Origin: a virus
DNA length: 64,000 bases
Virus record (IMG/VR): IMGVR_UViG_3300042465_009257
Location: 32,001-96,000 of that record
Strand: one strand, 5' to 3'
Under the pieces are notes generated by a model. That model searched no databases and was not told the origin of the DNA. It saw nothing but the letters and a program-made list of their open reading frames with translations. Positions 19,221-27,825 of the stretch are shown here, piece by piece (within the stretch, counting starts at the first letter, position 1; every line of letters starts with the position of its first letter). The translations under genes were made by a program, and so were the position numbers.

Positions 19221-19342
19221 GCTTTTAATTTGTTTAAGATTTCCTCCCGCTTTTTATTCATATATTCCGCCAACTCAGTTCCCTCCAACTTATAACACTC
19301 CTCATGAACCGCGCCGCAGTATTGAGTTGTTAAAGGGATTAT
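19217..19342 (-). pseudogene. start-less 3' remnant homologous to the C-terminus of the GT at 20528..21331
   Basis: IIPLTTQYCGAVHEECYKLEGTELAEYMNKKREEILNKLKA* aligns ungapped, 14/41 identical. Confidence 0.75.
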
Positions 19343-19365
19343 ACTCCATTTCGCCCCGATGTCAA
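19338..19365 (-). promoter_or_regulatory. outward sigma70-type promoter TTGACA-N16-TATAAT at the left edge of cassette 2
   Basis: perfect hexamers. Confidence 0.7.
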
Positions 19366-19387
19366 CTTTTTTCTATTTTTTTGTAAA

Positions 19388-19419
19388 TAAAATTTCCAAC
19401 TCCTAATTTTAAATTGTAA
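19388..19419 (+). promoter_or_regulatory. class II motif TAAAATTTC-N18-TGTAA (cassette 2)
   Basis: conserved motif and spacing. Confidence 0.7.
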
Positions 19420-19444
19420 TACAATATATAACCCAACAAATTAT

Positions 19445-19618
19445 ATGCAAAAAAGATTAAAAGACCAAGAAAGAATAGACCTCGTGTCTAAATATGAAAA
19501 CGGAATGAGTTCGTGCCAACTTTCGATTGAGTATGGAATCACGGATACAGCGATTCTGGGATTGTTAAAGCGTCGTGGGATCAAGATCCGGAAAAATTCA
19601 GATTATAAGACCAAATGA
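19445..19618 (+). CDS. small HTH protein, 57 aa (MQKRLKDQERIDLVSKYENGMSSCQLSIEYGITDTAILGLLKRRGIKIRKNSDYKTK)
   Basis: manually translated; ATGA overlap with the downstream nuclease. Confidence 0.7.
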   Translation: MQKRLKDQERIDLVSKYENGMSSCQLSIEYGITDTAILGLLKRRGIKIRKNSDYKTK

Positions 19619-20553
19619 AGAAAAGTCGCGTTGAATTAAATGATGATCAAAAAACAGAGATAATCACAGCATATGGAAATGGAGAGAAGATTCCGATGCT
19701 TAGAAATAAGTTTAATATTTCGGCAGAAAGAATTTCTAATCTTCTTAAGGATGCTGGAGTGAATTTACGAAAGCGCGGTGAATTACGTACGTATTCCATA
19801 AATCAATCTTATTTTGAAGAAATAGATACCGAGGATAAATCTTATTTCTTGGGCCTTCTCTATGCCGATGGCAATCAGGGGTCCGGCCCCTCCTCCAGAG
19901 TCAGAATTGAGCTAGCAGAGACTGATAAGGATATACTAGATCGATTTAATGATTGCCTCGATACAAATAAACCGTTATATTTCAGAAATCTTCGGGAGAA
20001 AAATCCTAATTGGCAAAATACCTATACACTGGAAATAAACAGTAAGAAAATTAGCGCAGATTTGCTTAATTGGGGATTGGTTCCAGCTAAAACTTTTAAA
20101 ATTAAATTTCCAGATTTTTTAAGAGAAGACTTAATCATTCCTTTCATTCGTGGTTATGTCGATGGAGACGGTTGTTTGTTTCGATCTTCTGTAACCATCT
20201 GCGGAAATGTGGAATTTTGCGAACAGCTTCGACAAATTATATTCGATTTAACAGGTATTAAATCAGCGTTAAGACTTCCCCAAAACCATCATCCAGACTT
20301 TAGAGTATTGATTATAGAGGGCGGCTTAAACGTCAAGAAGTTTTTAACTTGGCTTTATGGTGATTCAAAAATTCATATGGAAAGGCGTTATCAAAAATAT
20401 TTATCATTCCTTGAATGGTCTCCCAAGCCAAAGAAAAATCTTCTTCGAGGAAATGATGGGGATCTTATGGGGGCGGAAGAAAAAAGAATCAGAACAAATT
20501 CTCGCGCACGGGACCGATGGCAGAGAATTAAGAGCGAGAAAGTAACGAAATGA
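19615..20553 (+). CDS. free-standing LAGLIDADG homing endonuclease with N-terminal HTH
   Basis: YFLGLLYADG and FIRGYVDGDG motifs. Confidence 0.9.
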   Translation: MKKSRVELNDDQKTEIITAYGNGEKIPMLRNKFNISAERISNLLKDAGVNLRKRGELRTYSINQSYFEEIDTEDKSYFLGLLYADGNQGSGPSSRVRIELAETDKDILDRFNDCLDTNKPLYFRNLREKNPNWQNTYTLEINSKKISADLLNWGLVPAKTFKIKFPDFLREDLIIPFIRGYVDGDGCLFRSSVTICGNVEFCEQLRQIIFDLTGIKSALRLPQNHHPDFRVLIIEGGLNVKKFLTWLYGDSKIHMERRYQKYLSFLEWSPKPKKNLLRGNDGDLMGAEEKRIRTNSRARDRWQRIKSEKVTK

Positions 20554-21331
20554 TTTGTTTTCGCTTCTCTTTTAGCTTCACCCCTAACTCCCTCCCGTTA
20601 AATTTATATAAATCTTCCCCAATCGCGCCGCACCACCCAGGAACAATCGGTAAAACCCGCATCATAGACGCCTCTGTTAAAACGCGACAATAAGATTCGA
20701 TGGTGTAAGAGGGGGCAAAAACATAACAACTGTAGTCTTTCAAGGTGTTAAGGAATTCCAGATATTCCATGTTCCCAATAATGTCAAACGGAATATTCAA
20801 CTTTTTACATAAATCCGCCGAAGACCGTTCCCCCTTATAATCCCCGCTGATTATCGCCGCTCGGCCATTTTTTGGGCTGGATTCCTTTGAGACGCAAAAT
20901 TCAATGATTTCATCAGTCCAAAGATTGCCTCCCCAACTTTCCGTGTTTTCAAATCCATTTAATTTAAAAATAGATTCTTGGAAGGAGCTTTGACAAAAAA
21001 TCTTGGCCGATTTAAGGAATTCTACGTTAATCAGATGGTCTGGTTCAACTTTGAAGTCGGCATATTGGGCAGGATTTCTGGAACCAACGAAGAGGAAATC
21101 GTGGCTAATGTGGACGACATTCCCACGAGAAATAAGAATATCCTGAGAATCGTGACTTAAACTAGCAAAATTAGATACAATATATTTATCGGCGAGGTGC
21201 GGATTCTGATTAAATTCTTGGCAAGTTTGGAAATCAGGTTTTAGTTCAGCGTAAATAATGGCATCGCAAGATTCTGCTCCGCGATAACTGCTGCCAATCG
21301 GATTATCCGCGATAAAAAGTATTTTACTCAT
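20528..21331 (-). CDS. GT-B glycosyltransferase-like protein
   Basis: ILFIAD..GAE, VFAP..ESYCRVLTEA. Confidence 0.7.
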   Translation of the reverse strand: MSKILFIADNPIGSSYRGAESCDAIIYAELKPDFQTCQEFNQNPHLADKYIVSNFASLSHDSQDILISRGNVVHISHDFLFVGSRNPAQYADFKVEPDHLINVEFLKSAKIFCQSSFQESIFKLNGFENTESWGGNLWTDEIIEFCVSKESSPKNGRAAIISGDYKGERSSADLCKKLNIPFDIIGNMEYLEFLNTLKDYSCYVFAPSYTIESYCRVLTEASMMRVLPIVPGWCGAIGEDLYKFNGRELGVKLKEKRKQIISLLSRS

Positions 21332-21338
21332 GGTTTAT

Positions 21339-21797
21339 TTAATAAGCTTTTCTCGCAGCTTGCCATAATTCCCAACTCTCTTGAACTCCACGGTTTAGAA
21401 AAACAGATCCCTCTTCATTAAATTCTGTATTCCAGCCTTTATTATTGGCATAATTTACGAATTTTGAATGAATTGAATCGAAAACAGGAGTTTCTGTATA
21501 ATAACTATTCCCATCCATTTCTGCTGGATAAGATTTAATATTTTCCAATCCGACATCTATTAGTAAAGGTTTCCAAGTTTGCACCAGCGGTGCCGAATCC
21601 CGGTCAAAATTGAACAAAGCTGAATTCCATTCTCCTTCAACCCCCTCCAAGACCAATTTAGTATAAGATCGCCCTTCTTCGCCACTAAGAATTTTATACT
21701 TTTGGCCAATAACGAAATTTCGATTTGCCATTACCTGTTCATAGTCATATCCGCCAGCACAGGTAAAAGTTGCCCAACATTCAGTGTTTTTGCTCAT
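21339..21797 (-). CDS. hypothetical protein
   Basis: TTGACA-N16-TATAAT-N6-ATG upstream. Confidence 0.65.
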   Translation of the reverse strand: MSKNTECWATFTCAGGYDYEQVMANRNFVIGQKYKILSGEEGRSYTKLVLEGVEGEWNSALFNFDRDSAPLVQTWKPLLIDVGLENIKSYPAEMDGNSYYTETPVFDSIHSKFVNYANNKGWNTEFNEEGSVFLNRGVQESWELWQAARKAY

Positions 21798-21832
21798 TTA
21801 TTGATTATACATTATTTTTTGTGATTGTCAAG

Positions 21833-21864
21833 TAAAATTTCCATTTTTCAACCTTTTGCTGTAA
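21833..21864 (+). promoter_or_regulatory. class II motif TAAAATTTC-N18-TGTAA
   Basis: perfect motif, back-to-back with a minus-strand TTGACA. Confidence 0.7.
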
Positions 21865-21872
21865 AGAGACCT

Positions 21873-22319
21873 ATGGATAACCAACCTGAAATTGACTGGG
21901 AGAAGATGACCCCAAGCCAGCGAAGCCGAAGCCAGGCTGGACTTGTTAAGGTCAATGGGTTTAAAGCTCTACTGTTTGCGATTGCCCTTGTGGCTCAACC
22001 AATTTGGCAAGCTTATTTTAAAGATCAGGATATGGCCCGCGCTTCAGAAATTATCAAAAATGAGAAACAGGCTGAATCTGCCCTCTCTCTTTCTAAAGCC
22101 GCCATTTCCCAAGTTACAATTCTTTCTTCCCAACTAGGCGAATTAAAATCTGAAAATGAGACCCTTCGCCGCGAGTTAGTCATTTTAACTGATAAATATA
22201 CAGATTTGACTCAGAAGTATAAAGATATGGAAACTTCATATGTCCAAACTCTTGAAGAAAAAAAGATACTTGAATTGCGGATTGATGAGCTTTTTAAAAA
22301 GCATAATGCTACACAATGA
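21873..22319 (+). CDS. membrane-anchored coiled-coil protein (start moved to MDNQPE)
   Basis: one TM helix followed by a long coiled coil; ATG 8 nt after TGTAA. Confidence 0.65.
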   Translation: MDNQPEIDWEKMTPSQRSRSQAGLVKVNGFKALLFAIALVAQPIWQAYFKDQDMARASEIIKNEKQAESALSLSKAAISQVTILSSQLGELKSENETLRRELVILTDKYTDLTQKYKDMETSYVQTLEEKKILELRIDELFKKHNATQ

Positions 22320-22747
22320 ATACTAATACGAAAGACTACCTAAGGGATCACCCCTGTTATCTTGTCGCGGCAATAATCCTCGCTTCAGAGGGAATTCCTG
22401 ATATCCTTAAACAGATTTACGGAAATGAGAAAAACGCATTTGATGCTCTGCAAATTGCGCAAGTTTATGCTGGGAATATGAGAGTCCATCAGCCATCTGA
22501 TTTTCCTATTTACGTTTCCCCCAAAGGGGATATTACTAAAATTCCAGAACGTTTAGCTGGCCTGATTCTCTCTGAGACTGAATTTTTTACCGCTCTCGTT
22601 TGTGACCGTTCCCCTTCTGTAATTTATGATGAATCTTGGCTTGCAACTCTACCTAAAGCATCACGATTAAAACTAAAGGAAAAGTATAAAGAGTTAACTA
22701 TTAGCCATAAGCTTCCTAATCTTGCGCCTTCCCATCCCAGCCATTGA
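22316..22747 (+). CDS. hypothetical protein
   Basis: ATGA overlap with the upstream gene. Confidence 0.6.
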   Translation: MNTNTKDYLRDHPCYLVAAIILASEGIPDILKQIYGNEKNAFDALQIAQVYAGNMRVHQPSDFPIYVSPKGDITKIPERLAGLILSETEFFTALVCDRSPSVIYDESWLATLPKASRLKLKEKYKELTISHKLPNLAPSHPSH

Positions 22748-23194
22748 GTGGTCGCCCCTAGTAAGCTTCTCCTTTGAAAAATAAACCTTCATAATAGATT
22801 TTCTTTGATAAGGTAAGATTAGCCCTAAGAAGTGATCTAAATCTGCTCCAATTCCAGGATCGCGGTCATAAAAACTTGGTTCCGAAACAGAATCTAATGG
22901 AAATTCATTAAATTTGGGTTTGTTTTTCTTATAAAATCCAGTCATCTGATTCAGAATCACCCAAGTAGCGAAAGTTATAAACTTTGATTTTTTATCTGGG
23001 TCAAACCTCATCGCGGCTCTCTCAAAAGCAATCCATCCTTCTTGGATATAATCGTCTAAATCATTACGCCCTTGAGAGAAAGAAATAGCCATTTTCATGA
23101 TAATTCCTTTATTGGCCGCGACGAGTTTCTCAAAAATCCGATTTGATTTCGTTTCTTGATATTTCGCTACTAAGGATTCGTTCGTTTCTGACAT
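22694..23194 (-). CDS. RNA polymerase sigma70-family factor (region 2)
   Basis: DDYIQEGWIAFERAAMRFDPDKKSKFITFATWVI matches the region 2 consensus. Confidence 0.85.
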   Translation of the reverse strand: MSETNESLVAKYQETKSNRIFEKLVAANKGIIMKMAISFSQGRNDLDDYIQEGWIAFERAAMRFDPDKKSKFITFATWVILNQMTGFYKKNKPKFNEFPLDSVSEPSFYDRDPGIGADLDHFLGLILPYQRKSIMKVYFSKEKLTRGDHSMAGMGRRKIRKLMANS

Positions 23195-23196
23195 AA

Positions 23197-23934
23197 TTAT
23201 TTATTTTTATTTCTTTCGATAATCCCTACTACTGTGAAGATTTCTGGATTTTCCATGCTTTCAACAGTTCCATTCCATTTTCCGCTGAGAGTATAGCCGC
23301 CAGACTCCATCAATTTTGGAATATCTGCTGCCGTGTAGCCTGTTTCTACCATAGATTTAATTAGCAGATTTGCAGCATTGGGAACAGTTTTAATTTCTGG
23401 TTTATCGTTCGGGTCCAATTCTTCAAAAGAAACGCTAGCAATATTCAATGCTTGACGTAAAGCTCGACATTCGGCACGGTTTGACGCTAGAGCCTCAGCA
23501 TATTTGAAAAAGTTTGGACTGCAATTATCTACTGAGCAATTTGCTAAGCTGGAAATTACCGTTTCGTAAGGCTCGTCTACTGTCGGAACTAGTGTCATCT
23601 CAACAGAAACAACGGCCCGATGATCCTGACGTTCGCAAAGTTTAAAAATAGTCTTACTGACACCTCGTTTACGAGCAATTTCGCGGAATCCAGCCAAAAG
23701 GATAATTAGTCCCTCATCTGGCGCTTCAGCTTTAAGCCGTTCTTTTTCAGACTCCTCCAGACTTTCAGAATCAATTCCAATCCGAGCATAAAAATGAGGA
23801 TTGAGGATAATGTTTTGAGAACTGACGATTTTGCGCCAATCAGTTGAACCATCTTCTTTTTGCGGCAAAGCAGGGCGAAGCGATGGACTTGCCTTGGCGG
23901 TTCGAGTTTTTTTAGTTTTTGTTTCTTCTGACAT
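23197..23934 (-). CDS. possible Rad52/Sak-like single-strand annealing protein
   Basis: ASNRAECRALRQALNI...FEEL resembles the AETRAxxRALR motif. Confidence 0.45.
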   Translation of the reverse strand: MSEETKTKKTRTAKASPSLRPALPQKEDGSTDWRKIVSSQNIILNPHFYARIGIDSESLEESEKERLKAEAPDEGLIILLAGFREIARKRGVSKTIFKLCERQDHRAVVSVEMTLVPTVDEPYETVISSLANCSVDNCSPNFFKYAEALASNRAECRALRQALNIASVSFEELDPNDKPEIKTVPNAANLLIKSMVETGYTAADIPKLMESGGYTLSGKWNGTVESMENPEIFTVVGIIERNKNK

Positions 23935-23941
23935 AAATTGT

Positions 23942-24193
23942 TTAATTCTTAGACTTTAATGAAAGATAAATTCTTATTACGATCTGTGCAAATAGCATTA
24001 TAACGATACACGGAAAATTGCACAAAACACACCATAGAGGTTTTTCAAAAATATAGTCAATCATTCCTTCTTGATCGCTTGGTTTTAGACCTGGCCGCGC
24101 TGAAAACCAAATTTGTGCGCCGCAAAACCACCAAACAGTCGCAATAAAAAGGAAAAGGATCATGAAAAGCGTAGAAAAATTAATTGTACCCAA
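23942..24193 (-). CDS. small membrane protein
   Basis: two hydrophobic segments. Confidence 0.55.
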   Translation of the reverse strand: MGTINFSTLFMILFLFIATVWWFCGAQIWFSARPGLKPSDQEGMIDYIFEKPLWCVLCNFPCIVIMLFAQIVIRIYLSLKSKN

Positions 24194-24357
24194 GATACTG
24201 GGCCTAAAATTAAGAAAATCTTTAAATGGTGCATCTTGAATTCCTCAAAGCCTTTGTCACTATCAGCAAATACATCTGGATACTTTATCCGAACGACTTC
24301 TGATCCAATGGAATGCCAAATCCAAAGTGCGGCGAGGACTAATAGAAACGTTGTCAT
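24160..24357 (-). CDS. small membrane protein
   Basis: two hydrophobic segments. Confidence 0.5.
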   Translation of the reverse strand: MTTFLLVLAALWIWHSIGSEVVRIKYPDVFADSDKGFEEFKMHHLKIFLILGPVSWVQLIFLRFS

Positions 24358-24406
24358 GGTATTAATTCTTTCGTGAATTTTTAACTATAATTTAGAAGAG
24401 TATGCT

Positions 24407-25567
24407 TTAAATCCTTTTAAAGAAATAAAGTGAGTCGCCGCTCTCCCAAAATTCATCATCTTGTAGAGCTTGACCCACTTCCCCCATTAAGCCTTCAATT
24501 CCTCGTCGGTAGTGCCAAATTGATGCGTAAGGCTTTCCTCTGCCCAAGATAACTTGGCGTGAGACAAATGAAGTTTTTGCAGTAACGCCTTCGACCTTTT
24601 CCAACTTTTTTGTATGGACTGGATTGAAATCAAGCAATTTTAGTCGGACATCACCTAATTTATCTTTATCGCCGATCCAGACAAGAGAATAAGGAATTCC
24701 AGATTTTTTAAGATTTTCTACTTGTTCAAAATTGCTTTCATTTTTAAGAAAATCATTATCCAAGAGTTGGAGTAGCTGGCCAATTCCTCCCTTTGCGGCT
24801 TTAAGGAAATCAAGAGATAAATATTTTTTCGTGACCATCGTAATTGGTCGTTTACGATGACGTAGAATTTCTCCAACCAAATTCTCATCATGCTTTAAAT
24901 CCATCCGAACTACTAAGTTATTATTTGCAATCTTTTCAAACTCTGGGACAAAGTCGGGAATGATCATCATTTGAGGCAGATAATACGCTTTACCAAAGCC
25001 AATCGTCTCCATTGGAATTCGGTCGGGCAAGCCCAGCATTTCTAAAGCTTTATTGGCGACATCTTCCGGCTTAATATTATTAACTTCCTTATTCGCTTCG
25101 TCCGGAAGATAGCTGGGTAGACCTTTTCTCGCAGATAGAGCCTCGTAGCGGCCTTTAAAGTATGGTCCGGTAGCTTCAGGAAGCGTAGAGCCGTAGAGCG
25201 CTAGAATCGGCGTATTTACAGCCCCGCCGAAATGAACAAAACAAGAATCTCCTGAAAGATGAAGCTTTGAATTTTGAACGATGAATGATGATTCGCGAAA
25301 AGATAGACCTGTTTTAGTTACACATCCTTTAATTGGAGTTTCTGAACTTTCACCGATTTGGACGATCCACATCCCCTTTTTCTGCAAAATTCCACTAATC
25401 ATTCTGACGACTTCTGGCCAATGATCATAATCTTTTGATTTTTGCCCTGTCTTTGGAGATAAAGAAATATAATCTCCTAAAATTGGATGGAAATTAACTG
25501 GGAATTCATGTGGAGTTTCTGGAATTTTAACTCCCGCCGCCAATGCGTAATGTTCTAGAATTTTCAA
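24407..25567 (-). CDS. GT9 (heptosyltransferase-like) C-terminal domain fused to an unknown domain
   Basis: K.Y.HW, VQIG, LHLSGDSCFVH, ILALYGST. Confidence 0.75.
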   Translation of the reverse strand: MKILEHYALAAGVKIPETPHEFPVNFHPILGDYISLSPKTGQKSKDYDHWPEVVRMISGILQKKGMWIVQIGESSETPIKGCVTKTGLSFRESSFIVQNSKLHLSGDSCFVHFGGAVNTPILALYGSTLPEATGPYFKGRYEALSARKGLPSYLPDEANKEVNNIKPEDVANKALEMLGLPDRIPMETIGFGKAYYLPQMMIIPDFVPEFEKIANNNLVVRMDLKHDENLVGEILRHRKRPITMVTKKYLSLDFLKAAKGGIGQLLQLLDNDFLKNESNFEQVENLKKSGIPYSLVWIGDKDKLGDVRLKLLDFNPVHTKKLEKVEGVTAKTSFVSRQVILGRGKPYASIWHYRRGIEGLMGEVGQALQDDEFWESGDSLYFFKRI

Positions 25568-25585
25568 AATAAGAATTATGTATAA

Positions 25586-27574
25586 TTATGCCGCGTTTTC
25601 CCCGCTTGTCAATTTAAAATTTGTAGAATTTGGATTAAACTCTTGGAGGTCGCACCCGTTGTGAATAGCTCCGCGCCAAGTTTGCGGGGAAATCCAAACA
25701 TCTACCCATTTTTGATGATTGCGTGTCCCTTCCCAAAGTTCAAAATGTTTCACGCCAGTATATGGAACAAATCCAGTAATATAGTCTAGATGTTGGTAGA
25801 TTTCTACATATTGAGGCAAACAACATACATAAATATCCCATTCTGAAACTGGGTAAAGTTCTCGGAGACGATCTAGAACTGTTAATCCAATATAGGAATC
25901 TCCGTAGTCGCCAGACATGTCCCACATCAGTCGTTTTTTACCATTATCTTTGAAAAATTCAGAAGGATCAAAGGGTTTGCCCATTTTCTGATCAACCATC
26001 TTTTTGGACTCCTCATAAATTTGTTGGCGAGTCGTTCCGCTTGCAAACCGCTGCGTTATTGTCTTAAAATCTTGATGATCCTCATTAATTTTATTTCCAA
26101 AAAAGTTCCAAACTAATTCTTTAATGAATTCTGGTTCATCTGTAGCAGTTGGGAAGGGCGCGTTTGGATTTAACCTCTCTGTTCTGAAATCAAAAGAATA
26201 ATTTGAAATTGGCAATTGATCTAAATATTCCTCAATAGTTTTTAATGTTACATCTGGATGAATCGTTTTCATCGCCCATTCACGGAACTTTAATCCTTTT
26301 TGTTTAGACTCTTCTGGATTATTATAGACCTCCTCCATAAAATCGCAGATGGATTCAGTAGAAGGGACTGCTTTTTTATAAAGGCTTCCCATCTCTTTAT
26401 CAAAAGCATAGGTGATAGGGAAAACAGCATTTGATTCCATAAACATCTCCCCAAAAGAGTAGTCAACGGTAGCTGTATAAACTCCAGCGAAAGCGGCCTC
26501 GGCCACTGTCAGTTCAAATCCTCCTGAATTAATTGGAGCGACATATCCGTTAAAAAGATTATAAAGTTCAACTAAATCATTTTCTAGTATTCCTTTTTCA
26601 ATCGAAATATTCTTAAGGGCTTTAGCTGTGCCGCACTTTGGACAATCATTCTCCGGTCCTTCAATTTCTTTCAAAACTGTCTCGCCGCAACTATGACAAG
26701 TGTGGGCGCACAAAACGTCTTTTGGGTCTAATCCAGCATGTTCGACTCCTAGCTTTAAATTCCAGCCTTCTAGAAAATTAGTACAAAAAACGAATTTAGA
26801 TTTTACGCTTGGATTACGGGTTTGGAATTCTTTAAGCCCATCAATAGCTGCAATCATTCTTTTGCGCGTTTGGTTACGACTGACGAATCCAAAGACAAGA
26901 CAGTCTTCATCAATTCCGTATTTTTTCCTGACGTTTTTTTTCTCTTCGTCATCGAATACACGATAAGGACCAACTTCCATTAAACATGGCCAAAGCCCCA
27001 CATGAGAATGACCCAAGCGGTGAAGATCTTTTTGAGCAAAAGAAGACTTAACGAAAAAGCGTTTTGACTTTTTTACTCCATCTAATAGCATTTCCATGGC
27101 AGGAAGTGAATCAACTGGCGTCTGGATGATGGTATTAAATTTATCCCACCACTCTGTTTCCCAGTAAGGAACGAAAGCTTTATCAGAGAATTTGCGCAAA
27201 ACAGACATCGCCCAAATATCCTCTACAGCTAAGAAAATATCTGGTTTAACTTCCTTAAGAACGCTTTCAATCCGCGCCGCTCCATAAGCAACCATCCTTT
27301 GCAGGTTGGGATCATGATTGCCATTACTATCCTTTGCTAAACCAACGAAAACTGATGATTCATCAGCAGGAATTCCTCCGTAACATTTCCATGGACGCGC
27401 TCTTAGTTTTGGGCTTTCTTCTACTGCCCCTTGGGCAAACTCATGAACTTCCCATTTTTTTGATCCATCTGGATTTTTACGGGAATAGAGGTAGCGAAGA
27501 AGAACTTTGAGATTTTTTGAAAAACCTGTTTGAAGATCAGCAGATGTACTGGAAATAAGAATTTTACGTGGCAT
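25586..27574 (-). CDS. large GT-B (GT4-like) glycosyltransferase with Zn ribbon and C-terminal GT9 N-domain-like region
   Basis: VSRNQTRK, GGFELTVAEA, CHSC...CPKC, GDYGD...LRELYP; start MPRKIL after a TTGACA-N17-TACAAT promoter. Confidence 0.8.
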   Translation of the reverse strand: MPRKILISSTSADLQTGFSKNLKVLLRYLYSRKNPDGSKKWEVHEFAQGAVEESPKLRARPWKCYGGIPADESSVFVGLAKDSNGNHDPNLQRMVAYGAARIESVLKEVKPDIFLAVEDIWAMSVLRKFSDKAFVPYWETEWWDKFNTIIQTPVDSLPAMEMLLDGVKKSKRFFVKSSFAQKDLHRLGHSHVGLWPCLMEVGPYRVFDDEEKKNVRKKYGIDEDCLVFGFVSRNQTRKRMIAAIDGLKEFQTRNPSVKSKFVFCTNFLEGWNLKLGVEHAGLDPKDVLCAHTCHSCGETVLKEIEGPENDCPKCGTAKALKNISIEKGILENDLVELYNLFNGYVAPINSGGFELTVAEAAFAGVYTATVDYSFGEMFMESNAVFPITYAFDKEMGSLYKKAVPSTESICDFMEEVYNNPEESKQKGLKFREWAMKTIHPDVTLKTIEEYLDQLPISNYSFDFRTERLNPNAPFPTATDEPEFIKELVWNFFGNKINEDHQDFKTITQRFASGTTRQQIYEESKKMVDQKMGKPFDPSEFFKDNGKKRLMWDMSGDYGDSYIGLTVLDRLRELYPVSEWDIYVCCLPQYVEIYQHLDYITGFVPYTGVKHFELWEGTRNHQKWVDVWISPQTWRGAIHNGCDLQEFNPNSTNFKLTSGENAA

Positions 27575-27625
27575 TGTGTATAGAATTGTAAGATATTTTT
27601 TAGACTTTGTCAAATTATTTTCACA

Positions 27626-27657
27626 TAAAATTTCCTTCTACCAGTTTCCGCTTGTAA
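27626..27657 (+). promoter_or_regulatory. class II motif TAAAATTTC-N18-TGTAA (cassette 3)
   Basis: conserved motif and spacing. Confidence 0.7.
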
Positions 27658-27668
27658 TTAAAAGTATT

Positions 27669-27824
27669 ATGAGAACTAAAACTAAAACTGAAAAATATAC
27701 ATTCACCTTTGATAAGCCTACCGTAGAACTTTTGGCTAGAATTGTGGATTTTACTGAAATGAGTCAAATTAAAATTGTTACTCGCGCTATTGAAGATTAC
27801 GCGAAAAAGAAAGGGGTCGAATAA
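27669..27824 (+). CDS. ribbon-helix-helix protein, 51 aa (MRTKTKTEKYTFTFDKPTVELLARIVDFTEMSQIKIVTRAIEDYAKKKGVE)
   Basis: paralog of the other cassette RHH proteins. Confidence 0.8.
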   Translation: MRTKTKTEKYTFTFDKPTVELLARIVDFTEMSQIKIVTRAIEDYAKKKGVE

Positions 27825-27825
27825 G

